Shown here: positions 37,995 to 51,070 of the stretch, one piece after another
How the letters are laid out: the number at the start of each line of letters is the position of its first letter
Numbering within the stretch: the first letter of the stretch is position 1
NCBI RefSeq assembly: GCF_001194135.2
Contig: NC_068985.1
Location: forward strand, 109,345,925-109,409,924
Length of the DNA stretch: 64,000 nt
Origin: Octopus bimaculoides
Lineage: Eukaryota
Direction of reading: 5' to 3'
Program-made: the position numbers and the translations under genes
Notes under the pieces: model-generated
What the model was told of the DNA's origin: nothing
Databases searched by the model: none
The model's input: the letters and a program-made list of their open reading frames with translations, nothing else

Positions 37995-38730
37995 GGCAAC
38001 GAGATGGTAGAACACCGGTTAAANNNNNNNNNNTGCTTATCGCATTTCCTCCAACTTCACGCTCTGAGTTCAAATTCCACCGAGGGCAACTTTGCATTTC
38101 ATCCTTTCGAGGTGAATAAAATAAGTACCAACGGAGTACTGTAGTCAATGTACTCGAATTACCCTCTCTCCTGGATTATTTTGGTACTAGAAGGCGATGA
38201 GCACAAATTTTACCGTGGTCGACTTTGTCTTTCATACCCTTTTTGGGTTCGATGGAATAAGTACCAGTTGGGCACTGGCGAGAATGTAATTGATTAGCAA
38301 TCTCCTCAAAAATTTCAGACATTTTTGATGAAAATTCTTAGCAGCAGTTATTCTGGCTGTTCAAATGCCGTCTAGGTAGAGTTTGCCTGTCATCAATTGA
38401 GAGTAGATAAAAAAATACCAATTGAGCATGGGTGACGATGTAATCGATTAATCTTGAACCATAAGATTGATTGCCTTGTGCTAAAAATTAGAAAGAATTA
38501 TTATCATTAAAGCGACGAGCTGGTAGAATCTTTTTTAGCACACCGGACAGAATTCTTAGCAGAATTTCGTCAGGCTTTACATTTTGAGATTAATCTCTAC
38601 CTAGGTCAGCTTGGCCTTTCCTCCTTTCGGAATCAATAAAATAAGTTCCAGTTGCGTACTGGTGTCGATGTAACTAACTACCCTGTCCCCGAAATGTTAG
38701 ACCTCTTGACAATGATACAAACGCTTATTT
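37995..38730 (+). mobile_element. Four head-to-tail SINE family A copies
   Basis: Central-domain/ATAAGTACC motifs recur at about 38090, 38215, 38380 and 38600. Confidence 0.7.
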
Positions 38731-40109
38731 TTCTCCTTATTGCTGTTCTTGCATGTGCTATTTCACATTCATTTATATGTAAACATTCATGTATATATTT
38801 GCTCCGAGGTTCACTCTTCCTACAAAGAATTATTTCACATTCTCGCAGTTTTCAAATTTCTAAAGATATCCACACACACCCACACACACACACCCCCCCA
38901 CACACACACACACTTGCACACGCATACACGCGCGTACTCACACAGTGAAACAGACGGATACACATGTAAGTATCTCGGTTATAATTGTAATGCCGCCGAG
39001 GAGACTTTGCATTTCTTTTTTTCGACTCGATGAAATAGATACCAGTTGTGTACTGGGATCGATATAGCTTGATTAATAATTGATTTAGATTCGAACGGCC
39101 CTGGAATGTGTCGCTCCTCTACACCCACCTCTATACAGGTTATACAGCAAGTCCAAAACTGCCGCTTTCATAAAAGTATTACCTGTGGCAAGCCGCCCGC
39201 CGCCATCTAGCTCCCAAACTCGAGATCACCTTTACCAATAGCTACTTATTCAAACTCGGCTGCCATTACTCACGTCTTGCGTCTCCAATACAATTAACAA
39301 CTTCTACCACAACCATTTACTCTACCTCTGCAATACATAATACAAAGATAATAATAGCAGCAACCACACGCAGGAACGAACCTACAACTCTTATAGCCAC
39401 TATACAACAACTAATTCAAACTCATACATTCTAACAGCAATAAACCAACAACCGACAGACAGACATCAGGTCACAATCGCAAAGGTCCCTTGATAGATAA
39501 ACATCAGACATTATGAATGATTGGACAAATAAAGGAGAAAATGTCAGGGTCTAGAGTAAAGGCTGCTTGGTCTGCCTACTTGTCTGAATTACTAGTTATT
39601 TAGCAGACTGGACGATGTAGATGTGTTAAAAGAAAAAGGATAATTGCAGCCTTGTTGGCTCTTAGTTCCAATATTCGTTTGCAAATTACTGCTTTCTGAT
39701 CGTAGTTAATATGTTTTCTTGCTTATAGGCCTCTGACATTTGGCGCCTTACTTTTTTTTTTATCATTATTATGTTGCTCCGATTTGTGATTAATTCTCTT
39801 TCGATATCAAAGTTACTCGGAGCCAAACATATATATTGCTCTCATTAACTGTCCCTCATTCCCTTTCTCTGTCGCGGTCTATCGCTTTCTGCCACTCTTC
39901 TGCCAACATCCACTGTCTCTTTCACTTACATTCACTACTTGCGCGCGTGTGTCTGTGTGTGCGTGCGTGTGTATGTGTGCACGCACGTGCGTTGTGTGTG
40001 TGTGTACGCACGCGTCTATATAAATACATCAATCTGTGTGCATCAATCTGTGTGAACGTATATTTGGATGTATGTGTGTGCATATATATACGTTTTTGTG
40101 TGTGTATGT

Positions 40110-40141
<32 letters not shown>

Positions 40142-42643
40142 NNNNNNNNNNNNNNNNNNNNNNNNNNNNNNNNNNNNNNNNNNNNNNNNNNNNNNNNNNN
40201 NNNNNNNNNNNNNNNNNNNNNNNNNNNNNNNNNNNNNNNNNNNNNNNNNNNNNNNNNNNNNNNNNNNNNNNNNNNNNNNNNNNNNATATATACATACATA
40301 CATACACATACATATTTATACATATATATAAAGAGAGGGGGAGAAAGAGGAAGCGAGAGGAGTGTTCTCTTTATCACGTTGATCTGACTGTATATATGGT
40401 GTGCGTGTATGCGCGCACCTGTGTTCTGTATGTCCACACCATGTTGAGTGTGAGTGCGCGCGCATTTGCACACGTAATATATTAGGCTTAATTTTTAATT
40501 AGGAATTAACGTTTTTCCAATAAGAGATCAACCTGTGATTAATATACATTTAGTTCTGTGTGTCGAAAGGTGTTGATTTACATCGTCGAGGCTAACTAAT
40601 AAAGATGGCATTGTATGTTCAAATCATATTTTAATGTCCAATAATAATGTTTAAAGACATCATTGTGGACAGTAGCAGCAGAAGGTATTAATTAATTTGC
40701 TTGACATCTATTTGAAAAAAATGATTTGCAAAATCTGACTCCGTTATTCTGACTGGTAATTTTCCAGTTTTCACATTTGTGTTTGGAGTTCATGAATATG
40801 TTTAATTAATTTTAAACAAACATTTTCTGATAACGATATTAAGCAATTTTAATTGAAAGATTTGTGATTTTCGGTGTCACTCGATATCTTGCCACCTTTG
40901 GCTACAGTGGAGTAAATGTTCGTGGGAATGAGCAAACGGACTATGTATTGAGATTTAGTCTCAAGATCGTGTTCCCAACTGCACAGAAAGCAGAGACAGA
41001 GAAAACAGAATAAGGGGGTGGCACGTTTGATATGGTTGGACTTCGAAGAACAGTTACGGTAAGAATCAACTTGTTGGATTTGTAGAAAGCAGTGGTGATG
41101 ATAATGTGATTCAAGAAATGTATATCCAGAAAATGGAAGGTGGAATAGTGGACGACAAAGGAAAAATACAAAAGAAGGGTGAAAGATCTGATCAAACGAG
41201 TGAATTTTGCGTAATTTGAAGTGAGAGGTATAAATCCTTTAAAAAAGCATGTCATTTTAGCTTCACGATATTCCTCCTTTACCCCACATCCTCTCTTATT
41301 GCTCTGCATCAAAAAATGTCGGGCCTAACTGTTGAATATTTTCATACATCTTCTAAGTACGGGGAGATAAATAAGTAGTTTGTATGTAATTATAATGTAA
41401 GCAAATTCGTACGCTGCTTAGTTGGTCCCTGTCAATTGCACGTTGATTCAAAACCACAAAAGGATATCTCTCATTTCAAATTATCAAAGAGAAACCATTG
41501 TGTTGTGTACTGTCAAAGAATTGACGATTCCCTTACTACATGCTTATGGAGGCTAAAAATAAACCCTTATGTCAGAGTGTATCCATTGTATATATTGTTA
41601 TATGCTGCTCGTCTCTCAGGTGATGTACAGAACATTGGTAAACTCTCCCTGGTTAAGGTTCTGATTAAAAATGTAACTAATTCCATTGACTCCAATGTTT
41701 ACATTTTCATGTTTTTTTTCCCATGAAAATCAAAAACTCCGTAGAGAAGATCCCTTTGTTTACAGAGATACTAACAGTGTATGTGTGCTAAAAGACATAA
41801 GGATAATTTACATTTTTAACATTGATTAGATGGCCTTTTGATATTTTACTGTATTTGGTCAGACTGAAATTAGCTAGTTTAGGTTTTTATGTTTCCCCTT
41901 ATGCAACCAAATCCATTTTAGAATTTATGATGAAACCATTAATTTAATCATAAACGTTATATTGATTACTAAATCTACATGCCAGAGGTTATATTGCTGA
42001 TTACCCGAAGTGAGTGATATACGTATGTTGTATCTGGCTCAGAACTGGCAAACTACATATTCTTGTAGTAAGAGATGAAGGTATTGTGTATATGGTACGT
42101 GATTTGAGAAGTACATTGTAGACAAAGTGATCATTTTAAGCACAAGGTCGAACAGCAACTGAGAACCTTGTCCTTGAAACTTCTGATTTTCCCGCGTTTT
42201 CATATTTACATCGATAGTTTCGCGGGCAAAATCACCGAAATTTTCTATTCATCGTACCCCTGGCAATTAGGCCGATGTCACCTAATATACTCTGGCCTAT
42301 ATCTCAGAACACAACTACACGGTTTAAGTTCTAAACTCCGCTGTACAGTTAAAATTATAAAGAAAATAGCAGTGAAGTGCAGGGTTAATTAACAATTTTA
42401 CTGTGTCTACAGATATATATATTTTACCCAAACAAGGTCGTTTTCTTATCTCGCTTCTCTAATAATCAGGAGAAAAAGGAATGACGATGACCCTTGGAAA
42501 GCCCTCTCTGCCTTTTGAGGAAGTGATATCTAGGTATACTGAACAAGAAGTCTGGCCCCAAACTATGCAACAGAGAGTGTGAGTTTTTCTCACGTTATGA
42601 ATAATTATAAGATAGTAGTCTCACAGTGGTAAGTATTCTTTCT

Positions 42644-42671
42644 CTGATGGAAGTCTATCAAGACAAGAAAC
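42644..42671 (+). ncRNA. Possible hammerhead-like remnant
   Basis: CUGAUGG-AA-GUCU AUCA AGAC-AA-GAAAC; stems I and III are not evident. Confidence 0.25.
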
Positions 42672-43001
42672 AATACATATCAATCCTATCTTTCCTGTAC
42701 ATCTAAGAAATAAAAAAAGAACGCGATGTCAACAGATGATGTATTTTAAAAACAGATGTTTAATCTAAGATTATATAATGTAATGTGTGCATGCATACAT
42801 ATGCAGTGTATACATATATATATATATACATATANNNNNNNNNNNNNNNNNNNNNNNNNNNNNNNNNNNNNNNNNNNNNNNNNNNNNNNNNNNNNNNNNN
42901 NNNNNNNNNNTATACATATGTATATGTATGTACATATATATATATATACATATAAATATAAATATATATGTATGTATATGTATGTACACACACACATGTA
43001 T

Positions 43002-43038
<37 letters not shown>

Positions 43039-44100
43039 CATAGATATGTATATATATACATACATGCATACATACATAAAGAGAGAGATAAAAAATATGA
43101 GGAGTACATTATACACACACACACACACACACATACACACATACACACACACACACGGAAATACAAAAAGTGTAATCGACTGACGCAGATTAGGTTTTGT
43201 TAGGTTTCATCGGTATATTCCAAAGAAATTTATGTTATACACACAAACATATACACGCACACACATAGATATATATTTATATACACGCTAGACACTCACA
43301 CACACGCACACTCATATATGTATATATATCTGATATATATACATATGTGTGTGTTTGTTTGTGGTTGTGTATTTGTATATGCGTGCGTTTCTGTGTGTGT
43401 TTATGTGTGTGTGTGTGTGTGTGTGTGTGCGCGTGTGTGTGTGTGTGTGAACGTGCATATAACTGCACATTGAGCCTCTATATCCAATCAGTGTCTAAAT
43501 CCGAAAACAGCCCGAAGGAAACGTAGCTTAGAAAATATAAAGACTAAAAAGAAGTCACTGTTATAGCGTTGTAATGAAATTCTTAACCGACAGGAAAGCT
43601 CACTCGAGATGGAGAGAGGGGTAAATTCTAGGATTACAGAAGAGGCTGGAGGAATTGTGAAATGCCTATATGGTATTGAAAAATGTCATGATTATGAGAA
43701 CAGTTTTTGCATGATTTATTTTTCTTAGTTTCCATTTGAGGAACGCTAACGTTAAGTAGATATGAAGCTGTTAATGTTAAGCAAGCATTATGTTGTGTAC
43801 AAGAGTGGTCCTCAATCTGTTTTACATCTCGGTGCAACAGACTGCAACAGACTGCATGCTCTTGCGCTTAACAAAACACAATGAAGTGCATAGTATATAA
43901 TTTAAATATGACACTTATACAATATATATGATCAATATCGAACACACATACACAAGGTATGCGTTCTGCCAGTTCGTGAGAAGGCTGTGATTTATAGGCA
44001 AAAGAGACCATATCCTCGTCAATTAGCATAATGGGAGGACCTGGAAATCATAGACAAACGAAACAACTGACAGCACGTCCTGTTGCAGGAGTGGTAGACT

Positions 44101-44298
44101 TTAATGTTTCGTCATATTTGTGACTTGTCAATATCGCGTACCCGAAACGAGACCTGGGGTAAGCTAAATCGCTGTCTATGACTATATGGAAAATGCTATG
44201 AGAACTATGTGCTGGTAGTCATAGGCAGCGATGTTTCTTCGTCTGGCCACGCTTCGTGCACGCAGTATTGACAAGTCACAAAAATAACGAAACATTAA
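44101..44298. mobile_element. Foldback/MITE-like element, ~84-bp arms
   Basis: TTAATGTTTCGT..TTTGTGACTTGTCAATA...ATCGCTG.CTATGACTA is mirrored at 44216-44298. Confidence 0.8.
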
Positions 44299-44606
44299 TG
44301 CCTATAGTTGTTGTAACGGGACCTGATATATGTTATCTCGCTTGTCTATGACTTCCAGGTGTTTTAACACCAGGCGAATATGAGAATATGCTCTCTTACG
44401 CCTACAAATCACACCCTGCCCAAAAACTGGCAAAACACATGCCTTATGTTTGTGTGTTCGATGTCGTTTATATCTCTTTGGCTGCTTCTCGTTCATATAT
44501 GAATGTAATTCATATATCAGATATGTAATGCATATATAATTCAAAAACACCCTAGAGACTGCGAATCTCAATAAGATAGAACCTTTTTAAAATTTCTTCT
44601 CTTCTT

Positions 44607-44672
44607 GCGGCCTGGTACCAACTGATCCACGGCCAGTTACTGGTTCGCGGCCCGATGGTTTTGTCACTTCTG
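44607..44672 (+). mobile_element. hAT-like MITE terminal fragment
   Basis: GCGGCC.GGTACCAACTGATCCACGGCC...CGCGGCCC subterminal pattern ending in ..CTG. Confidence 0.35.
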
Positions 44673-46574
44673 TACAGGATATCTTTATCATGTCTTATGT
44701 AAGGAATATTCGACTTTCGGAATGTTAAACAGGCAAAAGTGGAAATAGAGGTAAAAATTTAAAGACCCCTGGTCAAGAAACTAACCACTTTATTATATTA
44801 ACACGTGTGTGTGTGAGTGTGTCTGTGTTTGTATTCTAGTACTAACTGGGACGAAATGATTGTCTAGAGTATATTCAAGTTCTTTATTCCTATTTATGAC
44901 ATTGATATTCGGGGGTCAAGGGGGCCCAGATGAAATGATTGTTTAAAAGAGAGCGTTATAATTTTCCGTGTTCCTTATGGTATTGATACTCTGGGACAAA
45001 CTGCCTTGATGTTAAGTGGACGAGAAAGTGTAACACCTTGTTCTAAAGCTTTGATGAGTTTTTCAATCGTGCGGTATGATTCGCAATTAGACAAATTTGA
45101 TAGTCTGTGTTTTTTAACAATGCTGTCAGTTTAAATTTCATTATTCAAAGATTTTATTAACTAATATTATCAAAAGTATTACAAATAATCTGTAGTAACA
45201 AAGCTGAATAGATGGAAAATCTATATTTTTACCGCATAGTTTACTGCGTTTGTATTAGTATTCTACATACATACCCATGCGTGATTAAGGTCTTACAGCT
45301 ATTAGAATTTTTAAACAATACATATTATTTAGTATTATGATTGTATGGTTTATGATAAACTAACTGAGAACTTAAACAGAATCGAGATTTGTTGTAGAGA
45401 AGGATTTTTCACAAGATGCTTGTTTCATACAATAATATGGCGAAGACAGGCTGGTGGGAATTTCTGTCCATTTAGTTGGAACGTAAAAGGAAAATAAAAT
45501 TCACGGAAATAATTTGTTTTGAATATAGATGCTACATAGAAAGACGAATAGCTGAATAAATGTTTACTGAAACAATATATACATAGCCTTGAAGGTGACA
45601 CAGTGCGTTTATACTGTTCACACATTTTGAAGTTTACAAATATTTCCCTTGAAATATAGAAAACTTCTGAACAATGGAAGAATCTATAAGAACTTCATAG
45701 TTTGTAGATTAATCTAAGCAATGAAAATATATTACAGCTGTGTGTTTAAAAAAGAAAACATGTAACGTTTTAGTCTATCTCCTAAATTCATTATATTTGC
45801 TAATTAACGTTGTCGTCGTTGAATTTATATTTTAGAGTAGCTCCCAGCAAGTTCAGTTAATTTGGTTTGATAATTCTATTTATTGCTGGCAAACTGACAT
45901 CAGAAATAAACAAAAATTTCATATTAAAGAGTAAAAAACCCAAAAAAAAACAATCAAAATTCTTCTTGTTTATTGCTTTAGAAATAATTCTAAAATATTC
46001 CCTAGATTCTATCAAAGATGTCGACAATTATTTTACTAAATAACAAACATTCGCTTTAGATTTTAATNNNNNNNNNNNNNNNNNNNNNNNNNNNNNNNNN
46101 NNNNNNNNNNNNNNNNNNNNNNNNNNNNNNNNNNNNNNNNNNNNNNNNNNNNNNNNNNNNNNNNNNNNNNNNNNNNNNNNNNNNNNNNNNNNNNNNNNNN
46201 NNNNNNNNNNNNNNNNNNNNNNNNNNNNNNNNNNNNNNNNNNNNNNNNNNNNNNNNNNNNNNNNNNNNNNNNNNNNNNNNNNNNNNNNNNNNNNNNNNNN
46301 NNNNNNNNNNNNNNNNNNNNNNNNNNNNNNNNNNNNNNNNNNNNNNNNNNNNNATTTATGTTTTCTCCATTTACTTCTCTTCTTTTTTATTGTACATAAT
46401 CAGCAGCATTCGCGAGGAAAACAACATACTCTTAATCATCATCAACAACTGAAATTAACACACACCAGTATTCAGCTCCGACTCTTTACATAAGGATGTC
46501 ACACCCTGCCTGGGTTAGCATCCTTTCCAAGAAGTTTCAAATATCGGGGAAACGGTCAAAGTATTATAATTAAA

Positions 46575-47100
46575 GGTGATAGGCTGGCTGCATCGTTAGT
46601 ACGCTGGGCGAAATGTCTACGGTATTTCGTCAATTATTATTATTATTATTGTTCAGTAGTTTTATTTTTATAACGTGCGTTCACTTCACTACCGAGCGCA
46701 GCTCTGTGTGCCTTGGGTATGTGCTGTGGTTTGCTGTGGTGCTCTTATGTTTACTGTATTGAAAGTGTTTTGCGTAGAATGTGTGCAGTACCCAGTAGTG
46801 CAATTTTCTGTATGTTATATATATTTGTAAGTCCTGGTGTTTTTGTTATGTATTTGTCTGAATATTTTTTTATTATACCTAAGGTACCTTCTATGATAGG
46901 AATTGTTTCTGTTTATCTTTATTATTATTATGTTTAGCGGTATTTCCTTTGCCGCTACGATATGAGATGAAACTCCGCCTAGGTCCCCTTTAATCCTTTC
47001 GAGATCGATTAAATAAATACAAGTTACGTATTGGCGTCGATGTAATCAACTTAATCCCTTATTCCAAATTTCAGGCTTTGTGCCTATAATAGAAAGGATT
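46575..47100 (+). mobile_element. SINE family A copy split by an insertion at ~46630-46930
   Basis: The head ends at CGGTATTTCGTC (46620-46631) and the body resumes at TTAGCGGTATTTCC (46934-46947). Confidence 0.7.
46640..46915 (-). mobile_element. 3' end of an R4/Dong-like non-LTR retrotransposon with (AAT)n tail
   Basis: TIPIIEGTLGIIKK...IQKIALLGTAHILRKTLSIQ*. Confidence 0.8.
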
Positions 47101-47129
47101 ATTATTTTTCCTTCGTTACACAGTGTAGG

Positions 47130-48375
47130 TAAAAATGTACCGGAGTCATTAGTCATCTGTCAAGTCACAACAAGGACCTCAGACAGCTAATACTTTCCGT
47201 AAGATCTGCGATGTGCCCAATAAGGCTGCCTTTTGCAAGACATCAATCCTGCATGGGATTTCCAGTTGCCTTAAAATGTCTTGATGCTTCAATGGGATTG
47301 AACTCAACGCTCCGATCATCACTGGTATCACTTTAACATTACCCTCTCACGTTCCATAGTCTTGCCATTTCCACTTCCAATTCGGAGTACTTGGTGATTT
47401 TTTCAACCTCTTTACTCACAACATTCATGTCATTTGGTATGGCTACATCAATGATCTGACAGTATTTGTATCTCTTATTCAATATGACAATAACCGGCCG
47501 ACGATGTTCAATTACACGATCCGTCTGAAAATCATAGTCCTAGAGTATCGTTACTTTTCCATCCCCCTACATAACTTTACTTGGTACCTGCTCATACCAG
47601 TTCTCTGTTATTTCATATTGGTATTTACGACATAAGAGCCAATGAAAATATACACGCACTTTATCGTGGCGATGCTTCTATTCTTTTTGTGCAAGGCTCC
47701 GACATCAACTTACCAAGTGGATCATATTTTCCACACTCTTTCTACAGAGTCCGCAATTTTCGGTGTCAGAAGTTTTATAGATGTTATACTTCACTGAAAT
47801 AGTAGCGAGAGTCTGTTCTTGTGCAGCAATGATCAGGCTTTCGGTGGTACGCTTCAAATCACCTCGCTCAAGCCATACCTACGATGCTCGATTATCCTTA
47901 ACGTCTTATGTATTCATTTCAAACTCTCCATGCATTCTCATTTCAAGAAGGTCTTCTTTTCGCTTCTCCTGAGCTCTTTGTTTCAATTCTTTCTTGCCCC
48001 TCATTTCATCTGCATTTACACCCATATCTTTCGCGGCATATTGCAGCAGGTCTTCATTACTATTTATCAAATACTCGAATACTCGGCAAGCGTTCTCCTT
48101 TCACTCCTTATACAAAGATCTAAACTAATTAGTCCTCTACCACCATTCTTTCTTTTCATATGCAGTCTGTTTACGTTTGCTTTAGAGTGTAGCGCCCCAT
48201 GCAGCGTCATCAACTTTCTCGTCCTTCTATCCAGTGTTGATATTTCCTCCTTAGTCCATTTGAGGATGGACGCACTATATCTGACCACCTCAACTGCCCA
48301 GATATTCATTGCGGTAATCAAATATTTGGTATTTAGGATTTTTGTGCCTTTAACCAGCCGCACACATGCGCACAT
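47130..48375 (-). mobile_element. 5'-truncated R4/Dong-like non-LTR retrotransposon (RT C-terminus, CCHC knuckle, restriction-like endonuclease)
   Basis: AMNIWAVEVVRYSASILKWT..LDRRTRKLMTLHGALH..GGRGL; CGLC..E..IHLVS.C..LA..E..RHD; DFQTDRVIEHRRP..IIDVAIP.D..KE.EKITKY; LQKAALLGTSQILR. Confidence 0.9.
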
Positions 48376-48809
48376 GACCCGATGGTGTGCAGGATGGTAA
48401 CATGAAGCATCAACAAGGCGCCAGCAAAAATTTTAATGTTCTTCTCATTTCCTCTGCCAAATTGGACAAAAAAGATTTTCATGAAATATTATACGCTACT
48501 TACAATACATAATTAGTGTCAATATTTTATCGTCAGAAAATGGTCTAAATCAAAGATAAAACCCAGTGCAGTATACTCATATCTCATTGATCTGCATTTT
48601 GGGTGTGCCCATAGTCGGCCTCTGAAATTTCTTTTAGTCAACAGCAATTCGTAGATCCTGGTTAATATTTGTTGCAAATTTGGAGGAAAACGACGGGATA
48701 CTCTTCAGCTTACGGGCTTTAACGCTGCAAACAATGCGGTTTATCTTTCCCTGGGCGTGCATTAGGAAAGACGTTGAAAGCATTTTTTACCCATGAATCC
48801 ACGAACGCT

Positions 48810-48915
48810 ATGTAAAGCATTTGTAAAATTTCGTTAAAATCGGTTGGTGGACCTTGAGTTTTAACGACATGAGAAACACACAGACAGACACACATCCTGT
48901 GTTTAATATATATAT
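48810..48915 (+). mobile_element. Possible Helentron/HINE-like 3' end
   Basis: AAATTTCGTTAAAATCGGTTG...ACAGACAGACA...TAATATATATATA layout; pattern resemblance only. Confidence 0.3.
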
Positions 48916-50060
48916 ATAAATTACTATGATGAATGATTTGTAAGTTCCTTATTCTAATTGGATTGTATCGCTTGAGGAAAAACAAATTTTTAATTTTAAT
49001 TTTTTTATTTTTATACTGAATCCTTTGTAAGTTTCTTGTAGTGAGACTTAAAGTTTGTTATTTTAATTCTATAATAAGGTGGGCTTTTGGGAAAAAAAAT
49101 TAGTGGATTAATTCATAATATTTCGTATTAGATCCAGTGAAAATATTTGTATTTACTATAAAATAGATCATTATATTCATAAATATTAAATATTAATTAT
49201 GGGTTAAAAATAAGCTATCTTCATTATGCTAAATGATTATGCTTTATAAATACATTCATTTAATTTATTAATTAATGATAATAATCATGGTAATAATAAT
49301 ATATGAATAATTTTACATAATGCCATATTGTGATCAAAAACATTTATTTCCGTGTAAGTATTTCTGATCTTTTTTTTTTTTTTTAATAGCTAATTTATTT
49401 ATAAATGTATATACTTTTACTTAGAAGAATATATATTTTTTCCTCTGATAAACTAATTTAGTATTCGCTCTAGAAATTGTGCAAGTATGAATAAGTAGAT
49501 TACAACAATTATTTTATACAAATATATATTTGTGAATAATTGTAAATATGTGTATTAATTGTGATACAAACTAAGCTTAATAATTTTAATAATTTTTAAA
49601 ATAATTTTGTGTACTTTATAGCTTGTATTCTTATTGCAATAATCTAATTTAGTTACTTCTGAAAGACAGTAAAATTTTGAAATATATCATTTATAGTTTA
49701 TGATCGCTTCATCTAAAAAATAACATAGGTTACATTCATCGTAGATCTATATCTTATGTTTGTATTTTTGTTTATTTACATTTACGAAATTCCCCCTTCG
49801 ACAATTTACGTAAATAAGGACCATTATTTGTTAGTTATTTTCAATAGTATTTATTCCAATAACTTCTAATTTAGTTACTTCTAAAAGACTTGGTAAAATT
49901 TAGATATTTCTTATTTATATTTATAGTTTATTATTTCTTTATCTAAGAAATAATATAAGTTATAATTATCGAAGATCCATGTCTTTGTTTATTCTAATCA
50001 GTATTTTGCAATCTGGCAGTTCTTTTACATGTAATTCCGCCTGTCTTTTAAATCAAAACA

Positions 50061-50132
50061 CTGAAGAGACTTGAATACATAGATATGACTTGTTTATAAA
50101 TCAAATGTTATGTATAAGCCGAAACAAATTGT
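50061..50132 (+). ncRNA. Hammerhead-like remnant with long stem II
   Basis: CUGAAGA-GACUU.AUACAUAG...UUAUGUAU-AAGCC-GAAA-CAAAUUGU. The triplet is GUG and stem I is absent. Confidence 0.45.
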
Positions 50133-50586
50133 GGGCCTTTTTGTTTTTATAATATTTTTTATGTTATTTTATATCGTATTTATAGTATATTATATTATAA
50201 TATGAATAAATTGTTAGATTATCAATTGTATTTCTCTATTTAATTTATTGTTTATATATATATATATATATATATATNNNNNNNNNNNNNNNNNNNNNNN
50301 NNNNNNNNNNNNNNNNNNNNNNNNNNNNNNNNNNNNNNNNNNNNNNNNNNNNNNNNNNNNNNNNNNNNNNNNNNNNNNNNNNNNNNNNNNNNNNNNNNNN
50401 NNNNNNNNNNNNNNNNNNNNNNNNNNNNNNNNNNNNAGTAAAAGAATTAAAGAGTACAAGAATAACACTCATACATACATATATACATACATACATACAT
50501 ACATACATGCATACATACATACATACAGACATATATATATTTGTATATGTGCGTATGAATATATGTATTATATATACATGTATATA

Positions 50587-50623
<37 letters not shown>

Positions 50624-50679
50624 ATGTATGTATGCATATATGTATGTATGTATGTATGTATGAGTGTTATTCTTGTACT

Positions 50680-51070
50680 CTTTAATTCTTTTACTTGTTT
50701 CAGTCATTTGAATGCGGCCATGCTGGAGCACCGCTTTAGTCGAACAAATGGACCCCAGGAATTATTATTTGTAAACCTAGTACTTATTCTATCGTTCTCT
50801 TTTGTCGAACCATTATTTTACGGGGATGTAAACACATCGGTTGTGAAGCGATGTTGGGGGGACAAACACAGACACACAAACATACATACATATATATATA
50901 CGTATATCCGACGAGCTTCTTTCAGTATCCGTCCACCAAATACATTCACAAGGCTTTGGTCGGCCCGAGGCTATAGTAGAAGACACTTGCCCAAGGTGCC
51001 ACGCAGTGGGACTGAATCCGGAACCATGTGGTTGGGAAGCAAGCCATTTACCACACAGCCACTCCTGCGC
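50680..51070 (-). mobile_element. SINE family B, full length
   Basis: Complete head, CORE-like domain and tail. Confidence 0.88.

Noticed and set aside
39080-39480. A/C-skewed segment resembling a retroelement sense strand
   Set aside because: No convincing protein motif could be read.
41040-41215. Purine-rich open stretch (GFVESSGDDNVIQEMYIQKMEGG...)
   Set aside because: No splice signals or family similarity recognised.
45591-45617. EGDTVRLYC Ig-like motif
   Set aside because: In-frame stops close on both sides and no acceptor.
50437-50695. Perfect 34-bp inverted repeat around a (TACA)n tract
   Set aside because: 100% identity directly against an N-gap suggests a mis-oriented contig end; raw reads are needed.
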